Of a stretch of DNA of 64,000 bases, positions 41,770-55,587 are shown piece after piece; positions within the stretch are counted from its first letter, which is position 1, and every line of letters starts with the position of its first letter. Source of the stretch: a bacterium (GTDB lineage: Bacteria > UBA8248). Both the position numbers and the translations under genes were made by a program. The DNA is taken from the NCBI GenBank assembly GCA_965213685.1, contig CBDBZY010000029.1:66550-130549 (forward strand), given 5' to 3'. Below the pieces are notes generated by a model. That model did not search any database. It was not told the origin of the DNA and was given only the letters and a program-made list of their open reading frames with translations.

Positions 41770-42543
41770 CTAATACCAGACGAGCCCGCCCGTCACGTTG
41801 ATGTCTTGGGCGGTCATGCGCGCGCCCTCGTCCGAGGCGAGGAACACGCACAAGGCGGCGTGGTCGTTCGCATCGACCAGCGTCTTGAGGGCGCCCGGCT
41901 CCGTGAACGTCTTCTTCGCCTCCTCGAACGTGACCCCGAAGCTCTGCGCCATGTTCTCGATGACGCTATCGATCCTCGGACCGGAGGTGGCCCCGGGGCA
42001 AACCGCGTTCACCGTGACGCCGTATTCCCCGAGTTCAAACGCGAGGGTGCGCGTCAGGCCGATCACCGCCATCTTGGAGGCCGTGTAGGGCGTGCGGTTC
42101 GGCAGCGGCCGCTTGCCGCTCATGGAACTGATGTTGAGAATGCGGCCGCACCGCTTCTCCTTCATCGTGGGGATGACGTGCTTCGCCATCAGGAAGGTGC
42201 CCGTGACGTTGACGCCGAAGCACTCCTCCCACTCCTCGCGCGACACGTCCTCGCACGCCTTCGTGGGGCCGGCGATGCCGGAGTTGTTCACGAGGATGTC
42301 GATGGTGCCGAACGCGGCGAGCGTTCGCTCCACGAGGCCCCGGATCGAGGCCTCGTCCGTGAGGTCGGTGGGAACGACGAGCGCCGCCCCGTCGGGCATT
42401 TTCGCGGCGGCGTTCTCCAGGTTGCGGACGGTGCGCGCGGCGAGCGCGACCCTGGCGCCCTCCTCGGCGAACGCCAGGGCGATGGCCTCTCCGATTCCCT
42501 GTCCCGCGCCGGTGACGATGGCGACCTTATCCTTCAAACGCAT
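41770..42543 (-). CDS. SDR family oxidoreductase
   Basis: [23 protein letters not shown]. Confidence 0.92.
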   Translation of the reverse strand: MRLKDKVAIVTGAGQGIGEAIALAFAEEGARVALAARTVRNLENAAAKMPDGAALVVPTDLTDEASIRGLVERTLAAFGTIDILVNNSGIAGPTKACEDVSREEWEECFGVNVTGTFLMAKHVIPTMKEKRCGRILNISSMSGKRPLPNRTPYTASKMAVIGLTRTLAFELGEYGVTVNAVCPGATSGPRIDSVIENMAQSFGVTFEEAKKTFTEPGALKTLVDANDHAALCVFLASDEGARMTAQDINVTGGLVWY

Positions 42544-42643
42544 TTCGGGGCTTCTCCCAAGGGGTTTCGTTTCCTCCAATCCGAACATCCGAACAGACGG
42601 ATGACGGGGCCTGCGGCTTCCACGGAATCTGCGAGCCTCGCTA

Positions 42644-43066
42644 TCACGGACGCCCGCTCAACTCCGCGCCCGAGAACCAGTAGCCCAGCTCGAAGGCGGC
42701 GGTGTCGGGCGCATCGGAGCCGTGCGTGGAGTTGCGCTCGATGCTCTCGCCGAGCTCCGCGCGAATCGTTCCCGGCTCAGCCTCCGCGGGGTTCGTGGCG
42801 CCCATGACGCCGCGCCAGTGCCGGATGGCGTCCTCCCGCTCGAGTGCGAGCACCACCGCGCGGCCCGACGACATGAACGTCGTGAGGGCGCCGAAAAAGG
42901 GGCGCTCCCTGTGCACCGCGTAAAAGCCCTCCGCCTGGGATTTCGACATGCGCACGAGCCTCATGCCCAGAACGTCAAATCCCTCCTCCTCAATCCGCGC
43001 CAGAATCCTGCCTGTGAGACCGCGCGCGGTGGCGTCGGGCTTGATCATCGCAAATGTGCGCTCCAT
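42644..43066 (-). CDS. ndk: Nucleoside diphosphate kinase
   Basis: [36 protein letters not shown]. Confidence 0.97.
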   Translation of the reverse strand: MERTFAMIKPDATARGLTGRILARIEEEGFDVLGMRLVRMSKSQAEGFYAVHRERPFFGALTTFMSSGRAVVLALEREDAIRHWRGVMGATNPAEAEPGTIRAELGESIERNSTHGSDAPDTAAFELGYWFSGAELSGRP

Positions 43067-43092
43067 GTGTTCCTCTCTCTCCTGTGTGAGCG

Positions 43093-43989
43093 TTATGCCC
43101 TGCCCAGCGCCCGGGCCATGGTCAGGCCCATCTCGGCCGGGCTTTCGGTGACGTGAATCCCGCATTCGGCCATGACCCGCATCTTCTCGGCCGCCGTGCC
43201 CTCGCCGCCCGAGATGATCGCGCCCGCATGCCCCATCCGCCGGCCCGGGGGCGCCGTCTGGCCCGCGATGAATCCCACGAGCGGCTTGCGGACGTTCTCG
43301 CGCGCCCAGCGGGCCGCATCCTGCTCGGCGGAGCCGCCGATCTCCCCTATCATGATGATGGCCTCCGTGGCGGGGTCCGCCTCGAACCTGCCCAGGAGGT
43401 CGACGTACATCGTCCCGATGACGGGGTCGCCGCCGATGCCCACGCAGGTGGTCTGCCCCAAGCCCTGCGCCGTCAGCTGGGCGACGACCTCGTAGGTGAG
43501 CGTGCCGCTCTTCGAGATGACGCCGATGGTGCCCTCCCTGTGAATGTGGCCCGGCATGATGCCCATCTTGCAGCCGCCGGGGGTGATGACGCCGGGGCAG
43601 TTGGGGCCGATGAGGACGGCGCCGCTGTGCTCCATGTGGCGTTTGACGTACACCATGTCGCGCACCGGAATGCCCTCGGTGATGCACACCACGAGCGGCA
43701 GCCCCGCGTCCACGGCCTCGACGATGGCGTCCGCGGCGAAGGCGGGCGGCACGAAGATGAGCGAGGCGTTCGCCCCCGTGTCCCGCACCGCGTCCGCCAC
43801 CGTGTGGAACACGGGCACCCCGTCCGCCTCCTGCCCCCCCTTGCCGGGCGTGACGCCGGCCACCACCGCGCCGCCGCCGCCCGCGAACTCCCTGCTGTAT
43901 TTCTGGCACTGCGCGGCGTGAAACCCCCCCTCGCGTCCGGTGATGCCCTGCACGAGAATGCGCGTGCCCCTGTCAACCAGAATGCTCAA
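43093..43989 (-). CDS. sucD: Succinyl-CoA synthetase alpha subunit
   Basis: [36 protein letters not shown]. Confidence 0.97.
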   Translation of the reverse strand: MSILVDRGTRILVQGITGREGGFHAAQCQKYSREFAGGGGAVVAGVTPGKGGQEADGVPVFHTVADAVRDTGANASLIFVPPAFAADAIVEAVDAGLPLVVCITEGIPVRDMVYVKRHMEHSGAVLIGPNCPGVITPGGCKMGIMPGHIHREGTIGVISKSGTLTYEVVAQLTAQGLGQTTCVGIGGDPVIGTMYVDLLGRFEADPATEAIIMIGEIGGSAEQDAARWARENVRKPLVGFIAGQTAPPGRRMGHAGAIISGGEGTAAEKMRVMAECGIHVTESPAEMGLTMARALGRA

Positions 43990-44000
43990 ACCCACACCCC

Positions 44001-45161
44001 CTAGCGATTGAGGGCCGCGACCACCTTCTCGGCGGAGTCGGCCATGCCATTGCCCACGGTGAAGTCCAGACCCGAGCCTTCGAGTATCTCGCGGCCCTTC
44101 TCCACGTTCGTCCCCTCCATGCGGATGATGATGGGCACGTTCACGTTCACGCTCTTGACCGCCTCGACGACGCCCTCGGCCAGGATGTCGCATCGCAGGA
44201 TGCCGCCAAAGATGTTGATGAACACCGCCCGCACGTCCGGATCGTCCATGAGGATGCGAAAGGCGTTTTCCACCATCTCCTTGCTCGCACCGCCGCCCAC
44301 GTCCAGGAAATTCGCGGGAGCGGCGCCCGCGAGCTTGATGATGTCCATCGTCGCCATGGCGAGGCCCGCGCCGTTCACCATGCAGGCGACCGAGCCGTCG
44401 AGCTTGATGTAGTTCAGGTGGTGCCGGGAAGCCTCGACCTCGAGCGGGTCCTCCTCGTCCTCATCGCGCATCGCGGCCACGTCCTTGTGCCGGTAGAGTG
44501 CGTTGTCGTCGAAGTTCACCTTGGCGTCCAGGGCCAGGATGCGGCCGTCCCTCGTCTGCACCAGGGGGTTGATCTCGAGCAGGGAGGCGTCCATCTCGTC
44601 GTAGAACCGGTAGAGGTTCGTGACGAACTCGACGCCCTCCCGCACGAGTGCGGCGGGCAAATCGAGTCCGTAGACGACGCGCCGGGCGGTCGATGGCCAG
44701 ACGGACAGGGCGGGGTCGACGGGTATTTTCAGGAGTTTCTCGGGCGCCTTCGCCGCCACCTCCTCGATGTCCATCCCGCCCTCGGCACTCGCCATGATGG
44801 TGGGGCGACCCGTGGCGCGGTCGAGCACGATGCCCAGATACAGCTCGCGCTCGATCTCGCTCGCCTCCTCCACCCACACCTTCTTGACCAGCCGGCCCTC
44901 CGGCCCCGTCTGGTGCGTCACCAGCGTCATGCCCAGGATGCGGGAGGCCGCCTCCCGCGCCTCGGCCGGCGTCCTCGCCAGCCGGACGCCGCCGCCCTTG
45001 CCGCGACCGCCCGCATGGATTTGCGCCTTGACGACCACCGCCCCGCCCAGCTCCCCGGCGATGCGAGCGGCCTCATCCGCCGTCTCGGCCACCCCGCCCT
45101 TCGGCGTGGCCACCCCGTATTTCCGAAACAGCTCCTTGCCCTGGTACTCGTGGATATTCAT
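44001..45161 (-). CDS. sucC: Succinyl-CoA synthetase beta subunit
   Basis: [50 protein letters not shown]. Confidence 0.97.
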   Translation of the reverse strand: MNIHEYQGKELFRKYGVATPKGGVAETADEAARIAGELGGAVVVKAQIHAGGRGKGGGVRLARTPAEAREAASRILGMTLVTHQTGPEGRLVKKVWVEEASEIERELYLGIVLDRATGRPTIMASAEGGMDIEEVAAKAPEKLLKIPVDPALSVWPSTARRVVYGLDLPAALVREGVEFVTNLYRFYDEMDASLLEINPLVQTRDGRILALDAKVNFDDNALYRHKDVAAMRDEDEEDPLEVEASRHHLNYIKLDGSVACMVNGAGLAMATMDIIKLAGAAPANFLDVGGGASKEMVENAFRILMDDPDVRAVFINIFGGILRCDILAEGVVEAVKSVNVNVPIIIRMEGTNVEKGREILEGSGLDFTVGNGMADSAEKVVAALNR

Positions 45162-45229
45162 CCAGCCTCCCCAGCCTCGATAAGAAAAAGGAACGCTCCA
45201 TCCAGAATCCGGCTTCTATTCCCCCTCCC

Positions 45230-45787
45230 TCATTCTTTCGCGTATCTCTTGAAGCCTTCCGCGAAAATATCGCGCCCCCTGCTGTCCACGGCGACGACGA
45301 CCGGAAATTTCTCCACCACCAGCCTGCGAATCGCCTCGGTGCCCAGGTCCTCATAGGCGATCAGCTCGACCGCCTTGACGCATCTGGCCAGCAGGGCGGC
45401 CGTCCCGCCGACGGCGGCGAAATAGACGGCGCGATGCCGCGCGATGGCCTCCACCACCGCCGGGCTCCTGCCGCCCTTGCCTATCATTCCGGTGAGGCCG
45501 AGTTCAAGCATGCTGGGCGTGTAGGCGTCCATGCGGCCGCTCGTGGTGGGTCCCGCAGAGCCGATGATCGCCCCGGGCCGGGGCGGCGTCGGCCCCACGT
45601 AGAAGATGACCTGGCCCGCAACCTCGATGGGCAGCGCCTCCCCGCGCGCCGCATCCTCGAGCATCCGCTTGTGCGCCGCGTCCCGCGCGGTGTAGAGGAC
45701 GCCGCTCAACTCGCAAGCATCGCCCATCTCGAGGGATTCCACGACCTCGCCTCCCAGCGGCAGCGCGAGGGGGAGCGCCGCGCCCAT
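45230..45787 (-). CDS. Fe-S hydro-lyase (class I fumarate hydratase) beta subunit
   Basis: TARDAAHKR, GPTTSGRM, IGKG, DLGTEA; located in the TCA cluster. Confidence 0.88.
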   Translation of the reverse strand: MGAALPLALPLGGEVVESLEMGDACELSGVLYTARDAAHKRMLEDAARGEALPIEVAGQVIFYVGPTPPRPGAIIGSAGPTTSGRMDAYTPSMLELGLTGMIGKGGRSPAVVEAIARHRAVYFAAVGGTAALLARCVKAVELIAYEDLGTEAIRRLVVEKFPVVVAVDSRGRDIFAEGFKRYAKE

Positions 45788-45788
45788 C

Positions 45789-46631
45789 CTAGAGCACCGC
45801 CTCGGCATGGCGATGCGCGTGGCATTCCACGTTCACGCAAATCGGCAGCGCCCCGATGTGGCAGGCGTAGGTCTCCACGTGCACGGCGACGCAGGTGGTG
45901 TCCCCGCCCATGCCCATCGGTCCCACGCCGGTCCGGTTCACCGCCTCGAGGATGTCGCGCTCCAGTTCGGCGACGAGGGGGTCGGCGTTTGGCGCGCCCA
46001 GCTCGCGGAACAACGCCCACTTCGCCTGCAGCGCCGCCTTTTCGATGGAGCCGCCGAGGCCGATCCCCAGCAAGATGGGGGGACAAGGGTTCCCTCCGGA
46101 CCGGAAAACGTGCCCGACAACCTCGCGGATGACGCCCGCGCGCCCGTCGGAGGGCTTCAGCATGCGCGCCACGCTCATGTTCTCGGCGCCCGTCCCCTTG
46201 GCGGCGAAATACAGCTTCAGGCCGTCTCCGGCGACGACGCGATAGTGGATGACCGCCGGGGTGTTGTCCTTCGTGTTCACGCGCCGGAGCGGATCGTTCA
46301 CCACCGAGCCGCGCAGGTAGCCGTCCCGATAGCCCTGGCGAATCCCCTCGTTGATGGCGTCCTCGAGGAGCCCGCCCGTCACGTGAACGTCCTGCCCCAC
46401 TTCGGCGAATACGATGGCGACGCCCGTGTCCTGGCAATAGGGCACGCGCGCAGAAGACGCGAGGGCCGCGTTCTCGGTGATCTGGTCGAGCACCATGAGG
46501 CCGAGGGGCGAGGTCTCCCGTTCCTTCGCCTCCTCGATCTTCCCGACGTAGGCGGAATCGACATGGTAGTTCGACTCGATGGACATCTCGCGAACCCTGG
46601 CCGTCACCTCGCCCGCATCTATCGTTCGCAT
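45789..46631 (-). CDS. Fe-S hydro-lyase (class I fumarate hydratase) alpha subunit
   Basis: CQDTG, NTKDNTP, KGTGAEN, NPCPP, GPMGMGG, CHIG, CHAHR. Confidence 0.88.
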   Translation of the reverse strand: MRTIDAGEVTARVREMSIESNYHVDSAYVGKIEEAKERETSPLGLMVLDQITENAALASSARVPYCQDTGVAIVFAEVGQDVHVTGGLLEDAINEGIRQGYRDGYLRGSVVNDPLRRVNTKDNTPAVIHYRVVAGDGLKLYFAAKGTGAENMSVARMLKPSDGRAGVIREVVGHVFRSGGNPCPPILLGIGLGGSIEKAALQAKWALFRELGAPNADPLVAELERDILEAVNRTGVGPMGMGGDTTCVAVHVETYACHIGALPICVNVECHAHRHAEAVL

Positions 46632-46679
46632 CGCCCGCGCATCCCCGGAGTGTTCGCCGACGCCGCCACGGCGGCGCGC

Positions 46680-48882
<2,203 letters not shown>

Positions 48883-49342
48883 CCAGTGCTCCCTCTCATG
48901 GTTTCTCAATGCGGAGAAACTCCGCGCGAAAAAAACCGCGCGCCTTCTCCGGGGATACAAGAAAAATGGAATGGCGAGGCCAGCGAAAATGAAAACGGCA
49001 GAGCCAGGCAAAGCCAGGCGCGTGGCCGCCGAATTGGCCCGGCACACTCCCCGGCCACGCAAGCAAACCGCACCGCCCCTTCCATATCACGTCCCCGCTT
49101 TCGACGCCAGCCCGCAGGGGCAAGTTTTGATGGAACCTGTGCTCCCGCCCTGCTATACTGCCGCCGTTGCTCCCGGCGTTTGCGGATCGTGTGCCGGCGG
49201 TGCGAAAAAAGCGGAGATACAGACGAACGCATGGCCTCCTCGTGCCCAGAAACGAAACGACGAGGCACATGTTCCCCGAGCGAGAAAGGGTGGGGAAACC
49301 GCGAACCCGGCCATTCCCCGCTTTCGCGGCCCTCCGTTGTCC

Positions 49343-50170
49343 ATGGTCCAGCCATCCAGGAAAAAACTCGGCCAACACTTCCTGCACGACAAGAAGTATC
49401 TGGCGCAAATCATTGATTTGGCGGATATTATTCCGGGAGAAGACATCCTGGAGATCGGGACGGGCAAAGGCGCGCTCACGCGCTTCCTCCTCGACGCCGG
49501 CGCAAACGTGCACGGGGTGGAGATAGACGACGCGCTCATCCCCGCACTCCGGACGCTCGAAGGCGCGTCTGCGCGATTCCGCCTCACCCACGGCGACGCG
49601 CTCGCACTCGACTACGCGGCGCTGCCCGAAAAGATGAAGGTCGTGGCGAATCTCCCCTATCAGATCGCCTCCGCCATCATCTCCCGACTCGCTGAGAAGG
49701 CGGCCAGGTTCCCTCTCATGGTGCTGATGGTGCAGCGCGAGGTGGGCGAGAGGCTTTGCGCCAGGCCAGGCGGAAAGGACTACGGCTCTCTCACCCTCTG
49801 GGTGGGGTATCGGTTCGAGGCGAGGCTGTGCCAGATGGTGCCCCCGGGCGCATTCCGGCCGCCGCCCCGGGTGGATTCGGCGATCATGCGCCTGACGGCC
49901 AGAGCGGCGCCCCAGGTCCGGGTGGGGGACGAGGAGCTCTACTTCCGGATCGTCCGGGCGGGTTTCGCGCACCGCAGGAAGACGCTTTTGAACAATCTCA
50001 AGTCGTTGGACGTATCCGGGGAAACGGAAGGGCGCGGCCTCGGCCCGGCAGCCTGGCGGAGCCTCCTCGAAGGCGCGGGCGTCGCCCCCGGGCGGCGGGC
50101 GGAAACCCTGGACGCCCGCGAATTCGCGCAAATCGCCCGAGCTGCGGAATCCGCCCTGGGGAGCGGGTAG
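49343..50170 (+). CDS. rsmA: 16S rRNA adenine dimethyltransferase
   Basis: LGQHFL, EIGTGKG, ANLPY, MVQREV, FRPPPRVDS, HRRKTL, RAETL. Confidence 0.95.
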   Translation: MVQPSRKKLGQHFLHDKKYLAQIIDLADIIPGEDILEIGTGKGALTRFLLDAGANVHGVEIDDALIPALRTLEGASARFRLTHGDALALDYAALPEKMKVVANLPYQIASAIISRLAEKAARFPLMVLMVQREVGERLCARPGGKDYGSLTLWVGYRFEARLCQMVPPGAFRPPPRVDSAIMRLTARAAPQVRVGDEELYFRIVRAGFAHRRKTLLNNLKSLDVSGETEGRGLGPAAWRSLLEGAGVAPGRRAETLDAREFAQIARAAESALGSG

Positions 50171-50174
50171 CCAT

Positions 50175-51062
50175 ATGGCGGGCGACATACTGATTTACAG
50201 GATGGGCGCCCTGGGGGACACGCTGCTCCTGTCGCTGCTATTCCAACGCCTGCGCGCCCATTCCCCGGGAGTTCGCATCACCCTGGCCGCGAACCCCCGA
50301 TACGCCGCCCCGCTGCTCGACTCCGGGTTGATCCATCAAGTTCTCGATGGCGGAGCCCCTCCTTTTCATCTTTTGTATGACGAGAAACCATCGGAAAATG
50401 ACCCGTTGTGCCAGCTCATCCGGGGATACGACGCGGGCGCGTTCTACACCGCGGATCGCTCCGGAGAACTCGGGCGGCGCCTGTCTTCGCTCGGGTCGGA
50501 CGCATACCGCATCCACCCGCCCTTCCCTCCTGGCGGGGAGAGGGTGCACGTTTGCGAGTGGATGACGCGGCCGTGGCAAGGCTTGCCCGCCCCGGAGCGT
50601 GGAAACGTCAAGCTGCATCCTTCACAAACCAGTTTGGATATGTGCGACAAGATATTGAATACACATAACATACGCGACATAAACTTTTTCGTCATCCATC
50701 CCGGAAGCGGCGGCAGAAACAAGTGGACGCCCCCCGGGATTCTCGCCAGGATGGGGCGGGAATACGCGGAGGAAACCGGGCATCGGCCCATCGTGGCGGA
50801 AGGCCCGGCAGATGCGGTTCCCAGCAGGGAATTTCAAAGGCTCTGGGGCGACTCCGTCCCGGTTATCGAGGATATGTCCGCCAGAATCCTGAGTGCCCTG
50901 CTCGCCAGGTCGTCCGCCTATATCGGGGGAGACTCGGGCGTCTCCCACCTCGCCTCCCTGTATGCGCCGCGCGCCACGATACTGTACGGCCCCCATTCCG
51001 ACATGGAGGTTTGGCGTCCCATCGGCTCTCGCACGCGCTGTCTTCCGTGGGAGGCGGCATAA
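50175..51062 (+). CDS. Glycosyltransferase family 9 (heptosyltransferase-like)
   Basis: GALGDT, IHPGSG..KW, GGDSGVSHLA, LYGP..W. Confidence 0.85.
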   Translation: MAGDILIYRMGALGDTLLLSLLFQRLRAHSPGVRITLAANPRYAAPLLDSGLIHQVLDGGAPPFHLLYDEKPSENDPLCQLIRGYDAGAFYTADRSGELGRRLSSLGSDAYRIHPPFPPGGERVHVCEWMTRPWQGLPAPERGNVKLHPSQTSLDMCDKILNTHNIRDINFFVIHPGSGGRNKWTPPGILARMGREYAEETGHRPIVAEGPADAVPSREFQRLWGDSVPVIEDMSARILSALLARSSAYIGGDSGVSHLASLYAPRATILYGPHSDMEVWRPIGSRTRCLPWEAA

Positions 51063-51163
51063 CGAAAAGGCGACATTTGTTTCTCGTCATGCGCGGGCGG
51101 TGCCGGGAGTTTTTCAGCGGGCGACCGGGATTTGATGATGGGTGGACAGACGGCGGATTCCGC

Positions 51164-51898
51164 CTAGCCGAGAAGGTTGGCGAGCCTGCCCCACCGGGGG
51201 AGCCCGCATCCCCGTCCCAGGACCAGTAGATTGAGGAACGCGGAGCCGCGAATCTTGTCGTCCCAACACGCCGCGGGCCATATTGCGCAGGGAAAAGGAA
51301 TGCCGAAGGAATAATCCGCAAAACGTATGGGGATATGGTCCACGCGCTCTCCCATTTTCAAGAACCCCCAAAAGCGGCTGTCCTGGCTGTTGTTCCGGTT
51401 ATCCCCCAGCATGAACAGGTGGTTCGGCGGTACCTTCCGGGGACCCCATCCGCTCTCATCAAAGCCCACGGCTTCGCCGTTCGGCTTGAACTGTACGTAT
51501 TTCTCCCGCAGCGGCTCGCATCTTTCCGGCGCATCCGGCGTTGCGCAGTTAATAAACACCTTTTTCCCGCGAACCATCACCTCCTCGCCAGGCAGCCCCA
51601 CCACGCGCTTGATGAAATCGCGCCGCTCATCCTTCGGGAAGCGAAACACGATGATGTCGCCGCGCCTGGGCTCCCGGAACCAGAATATGAACTTGTTGAC
51701 GAGTATATGGTCTCCGACGAGGAGGGTGTTCTCCATGGAGCCGGAGGGTATCTTGAACGCCTGCACGACGAAGGTGCGCACGAACATGGCCAGCAGCAAG
51801 GCGATGACGATCGCCTCGGCGTACTCCCGAAACGTCGATTTGGATTTTTTGCGCCTGCGCGCAGCACTCTTTCGCGCCGCGAAACCGGTGTCCGCCAC
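51164..51898 (-). CDS. lepB: Signal peptidase I
   Basis: QAFKIPSGSM, GDHILVNK, FIKRVVGLPG, GDNRNNSQDSR; directly downstream of lepA. Confidence 0.93.
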   Translation of the reverse strand: MADTGFAARKSAARRRKKSKSTFREYAEAIVIALLLAMFVRTFVVQAFKIPSGSMENTLLVGDHILVNKFIFWFREPRRGDIIVFRFPKDERRDFIKRVVGLPGEEVMVRGKKVFINCATPDAPERCEPLREKYVQFKPNGEAVGFDESGWGPRKVPPNHLFMLGDNRNNSQDSRFWGFLKMGERVDHIPIRFADYSFGIPFPCAIWPAACWDDKIRGSAFLNLLVLGRGCGLPRWGRLANLLG

Positions 51899-51900
51899 CT

Positions 51901-53703
51901 CTACTCCTTGCCCACGTCCAGAACCGCCATAAACGCCTCCTGCGGCACCTCCACGGTCCCGATATTCTTCATGCGTTTTTTCCCTTCGCGCTGCTTTTCC
52001 AGCAGCTTGCGCTTTCTCGTAATGTCGCCGCCATAGCACTTCGCCGTCACGTCTTTCCTCAGGGCGCGAATCGTCTCCCGCGCGATCACCCGGTTGCCCA
52101 CCGCCGCCTGTATGACCACCTCGAACATTTGCCTCGGGATGATCTCCTTCATCTTCTGAACGAGCGCGCGACCGTGATAGTAGGCCTTGTCCTTGTGAAT
52201 GATGGTGGAAAACGGGTCGATCGGCTGTCCGTTCAGCAGGACGTCCAGCTTTACCACTTCCGCCGAACGGTAGTCCAGACGTTCATAGTCGAAGCTGGCG
52301 TATCCCCGGGAAGCGGATTTCAGCTTGTCGTAAAAATCGAAGAGAATCTCGCTGAAGGGCAGCTCGTAGACGATTTGGACGGTGCCCGTGTCGATGTATT
52401 CCATGGAGCGCTGCACGCCGCGCTTCTCCTGCGTCAATTTCAGGATGGCGCCCACATATTCCGCCGGCACAAGAATGGTGCCCAGGATAAAAGGCTCCTC
52501 AATCGCCTCGATCCTCGACAGTTCAGGCAGTTTCGCCGGACTGTCGATCTCCTCCATCCTCCCGTCGCTCAGCAGAACGCGGAAGATCACGGTCGGGGCC
52601 GTGATGATGAGCGTAAGGTTATACTCCCGTTCGAGTCTTTCCCGAATGATCTCCATGTGCAGGAGGCCCAGGAACCCGCACCGGAAGCCAAACCCCAGAG
52701 CGACCGAGGTCTCGGGTTCGTAGGTGAACGCCGAATCATTGAGCCGGAGCTTCTCGAGTGCCGTCCTCAAATCCTCGTATTCGGCGCTGTCCGCCGCATA
52801 CAATCCGCTATACACCATCGCCTTCGGCTCCTGGAAGCCCTGAATCGCCTCTCCCGCCGGCTTGTTCGCCAGCGTGATGGTGTCGCCCACCCTCGTATCG
52901 CTCACCTCGCGGATCGAGGCCGACAACGCTCCCACCTCGCCCGCTCCCAGCGCCTCCACCTTCACTTCATGGGGCGTGAACGTGCTCAAGCTCAAGACCT
53001 GGTATTCTTCCCCGGTCGACATGAACCTGACGATATCGCCCTTGCGGATCGTTCCTTCGAACACGCGGAACAAGGGGATGGCTCCCCGGTAGGAATCATA
53101 CCAGGAGTCTATGACAAGCCCCTGGGCGGAAGCGCGCGGATCGCCGCCCGGAGGCGGAATTCGCTCGATGATCGCCTCAAGCAGCGCATCCACCCCCTCT
53201 CCCTGCTTCGCGCTGACCAGAAGGCACTCCTCCGCGGCGATTCCAATGACGTCCTCCACCTGCCGCATGACACGCTCGGGGTCCGCCGCCAGCAGGTCGA
53301 TTTTGTTGATCACCGGTATGATGACCAGATCATGCTCCAGGGCCAGATACGCGTTCGCCATCGTCTGGGCCTGAATCCCCTGGGTGGCGTCGACGAGCAG
53401 CAAGGCACCCTCGCAGGCCTGAAGGCTTCTGGAAACCTCATAGCTGAAATCCACGTGTCCCGGAGTGTCTATGAGGTTGCAGACGTATTCCTGGCCGTCC
53501 TCCGCCATGTAGAGTATGCGGGCCGTCGCCGCCTTGATGGTGATGCCGCGCTCTTGCTCCAGGGCCATGGAATCCAGCACCTGGGAAGACATCTCGCGCT
53601 GGGAGAGTGCCCCGGTCATCTCCAGAATCCGATCCGCCAGGGTCGACTTTCCGTGATCGATGTGCGCGATGATAGAAAAGTTCCTGATTCTCTCGATGCT
53701 CAC
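51901..53703 (-). CDS. lepA: Elongation factor 4
   Basis: [49 protein letters not shown]. Confidence 0.98.
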   Translation of the reverse strand: MSIERIRNFSIIAHIDHGKSTLADRILEMTGALSQREMSSQVLDSMALEQERGITIKAATARILYMAEDGQEYVCNLIDTPGHVDFSYEVSRSLQACEGALLLVDATQGIQAQTMANAYLALEHDLVIIPVINKIDLLAADPERVMRQVEDVIGIAAEECLLVSAKQGEGVDALLEAIIERIPPPGGDPRASAQGLVIDSWYDSYRGAIPLFRVFEGTIRKGDIVRFMSTGEEYQVLSLSTFTPHEVKVEALGAGEVGALSASIREVSDTRVGDTITLANKPAGEAIQGFQEPKAMVYSGLYAADSAEYEDLRTALEKLRLNDSAFTYEPETSVALGFGFRCGFLGLLHMEIIRERLEREYNLTLIITAPTVIFRVLLSDGRMEEIDSPAKLPELSRIEAIEEPFILGTILVPAEYVGAILKLTQEKRGVQRSMEYIDTGTVQIVYELPFSEILFDFYDKLKSASRGYASFDYERLDYRSAEVVKLDVLLNGQPIDPFSTIIHKDKAYYHGRALVQKMKEIIPRQMFEVVIQAAVGNRVIARETIRALRKDVTAKCYGGDITRKRKLLEKQREGKKRMKNIGTVEVPQEAFMAVLDVGKE

Positions 53704-53900
53704 GGCTGGAAAAAATCTCTCCGGACAAGCGGATGGCGTAAATGCCGGAATCTCGTGATTCCCGTTGAAAAGCCCACGTCTCATCTTCGGCGCTTGTTGC
53801 GCGGATGGCGAGGGGAGCGGGCAACATGGCCGCCCGGAAATCCCCGCATCGAGCGAACACGCTATACCAAACTTCTCTCGTCGCGGTCAAACGGATCGAA

Positions 53901-53929
53901 TTGCCCCCCGAAACACGCGATGCTACCAT
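53901..53929 (+). promoter_or_regulatory. Putative promoter for the HtrA gene (a divergent lepA promoter is possible at 53861-53890 on minus)
   Basis: TTGCCC, 17-nt spacer, TACCAT with extended -10 TG; on minus TTGACC, 18-nt spacer, TATAGC. Confidence 0.45.
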
Positions 53930-53981
53930 ACGGGAAGTGCGGCGTTTCCACAGTTTTCATGCGTATTTCAAAGATGCCCCG

Positions 53982-55409
53982 ATGAGGATGCCCTCCCCCA
54001 TGCGTTGCCACAGGCGCCGTCTCCCCATTCTCGCTTCCCTGCTGTCCGCCTGCGCGTTGTGCGCGGCGCCCGCCTCGGCGGCGGCGGCGCCTCCCCTCGG
54101 CGACCGCCTCATCGTCAACGCGGTCAAGAGGCTGCAGCCTTCCGTCGTGCACATTCGCGTCAAGCCGAGAGACGCGGAGGGGAACCCGCTGCTCAACCTC
54201 TTCGGCAGGGGCCGCCGGAAAGACGACCCCCCGATGCTGGGTCGGGACGACGCGCCCTTTGGCGGCAACTACAACGTGGGCGCCGGAATCATCGTCTCCG
54301 AAGAAGGGCATATTCTAACGAACCACCACGTCATCCGGAACGCGCGGGAAATTCTGGTCAAACTCCATCAGGGCGAAGAATTCTCCGCCCGCCTGCTGGG
54401 CGTGGACGACAAAACCGACCTCGCGCTGCTGAGAATCGAACCGACCGAACCGCTCCGGGCGGCGCCTCTGGGCGATTCGGACGCCATCGATGTCGGTCAG
54501 TGGGTTTTGGCGATCGGCAGCCCTTTCGGACTGGCGAACTCCGTATCCGTGGGCGTCATCAGCGCCAAGGGCCGGGATTTGAACGAAGGACCCTTTGACG
54601 AATACCTCCAGACCGACGCCTCCATCAACCCGGGCAATTCCGGCGGCCCGCTCGCCGATACGGAGGGCGTCGTCCTCGGCGTCAACACCGCCATGTTCTC
54701 CCGCAGGTCGCGCGCCTGGAGTTTGGGGGTCGGCTTTGCGATTCCCATCAACCAGGCAAAGGCCGTCATCGATTCCCTGCGCCACAAGGGCTATCCGGTG
54801 CGGGGCCGGCTGGGTGCGGCCGTGGCCGCGGTCCCCCGGCCGGAGAGAAAGGCACTGGGGCTTACCCGCTTTGAGGGCGCCATGCTCGCCGAGGTCATCA
54901 ACGGCGGGCCCGCCCACCGCGCGGGCCTGCGGCGAGGAGACGTGATCGTCGAATTCGACGGCAAGCCCGTCAGCACGTGGCAGAGCCTGCCCCGCATGGT
55001 GGCCCGCACGAAACCGGACTCTCTCGTGCAGGTGAAATATTACCGGGGAAAACGCATGGAGAGCGCCCATATCCGCATGGGAAGCCGGCCCGAAGCGCCG
55101 CTCTCCCGAGAGGCGGCCGCGAATACGTACGCGGGGATGAAAGTGGAGGCACTCACCCCGCATCTCGCCAAGCGCCTCGGGTTGCCCCACGACGGCGACA
55201 AGGTGGTGGTCTCCTCCGTCCTGCGGGGCAGCGCCGCCGAGCGCAGCGGCGTCCGGCCGGGCGATGGAATCGAGGAGGTGAACCACCGGCCTGTCCGAAA
55301 CATGGGAGAGTTTCAGGCGGCCATGGACAAAGCCCGGCTGGAGGGTTCGGCTCTCCTCCTCCTGAAGCGAAAGGAGACGAATCTCTTCGCTGCGGTCGAA
55401 ATCAGGTAG
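53982..55409 (+). CDS. DegP/DegQ (HtrA) serine protease with two PDZ domains
   Basis: Signal peptide, TNHHV, TDLALL, TDASINPGNSGG, two PDZ-like segments; start approximate. Confidence 0.93.
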   Translation: MRMPSPMRCHRRRLPILASLLSACALCAAPASAAAAPPLGDRLIVNAVKRLQPSVVHIRVKPRDAEGNPLLNLFGRGRRKDDPPMLGRDDAPFGGNYNVGAGIIVSEEGHILTNHHVIRNAREILVKLHQGEEFSARLLGVDDKTDLALLRIEPTEPLRAAPLGDSDAIDVGQWVLAIGSPFGLANSVSVGVISAKGRDLNEGPFDEYLQTDASINPGNSGGPLADTEGVVLGVNTAMFSRRSRAWSLGVGFAIPINQAKAVIDSLRHKGYPVRGRLGAAVAAVPRPERKALGLTRFEGAMLAEVINGGPAHRAGLRRGDVIVEFDGKPVSTWQSLPRMVARTKPDSLVQVKYYRGKRMESAHIRMGSRPEAPLSREAAANTYAGMKVEALTPHLAKRLGLPHDGDKVVVSSVLRGSAAERSGVRPGDGIEEVNHRPVRNMGEFQAAMDKARLEGSALLLLKRKETNLFAAVEIR

Positions 55410-55587
55410 CCAGGTTTCGCCGCCATCGCAGGATGCCCATCGTCGAAAATCGTTCCGAGGGGTTTGTCGGGTTGTCGGCTTGTCGGGTTCGGCGCCGTCC
55501 TCGCCGGGCCAAGGGCGGAGCCAGCGCAAAACGCGCAGCAGAGACGGCAACGCTCCCGGTTCCGCCACACATGAAACCACACATGAA

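Noticed and set aside
50630-50692. AT-rich patch inside the GT9 gene as a foreign insertion
   Set aside because: It is in frame and falls in the variable interdomain linker of the GT-B fold, with no element ends
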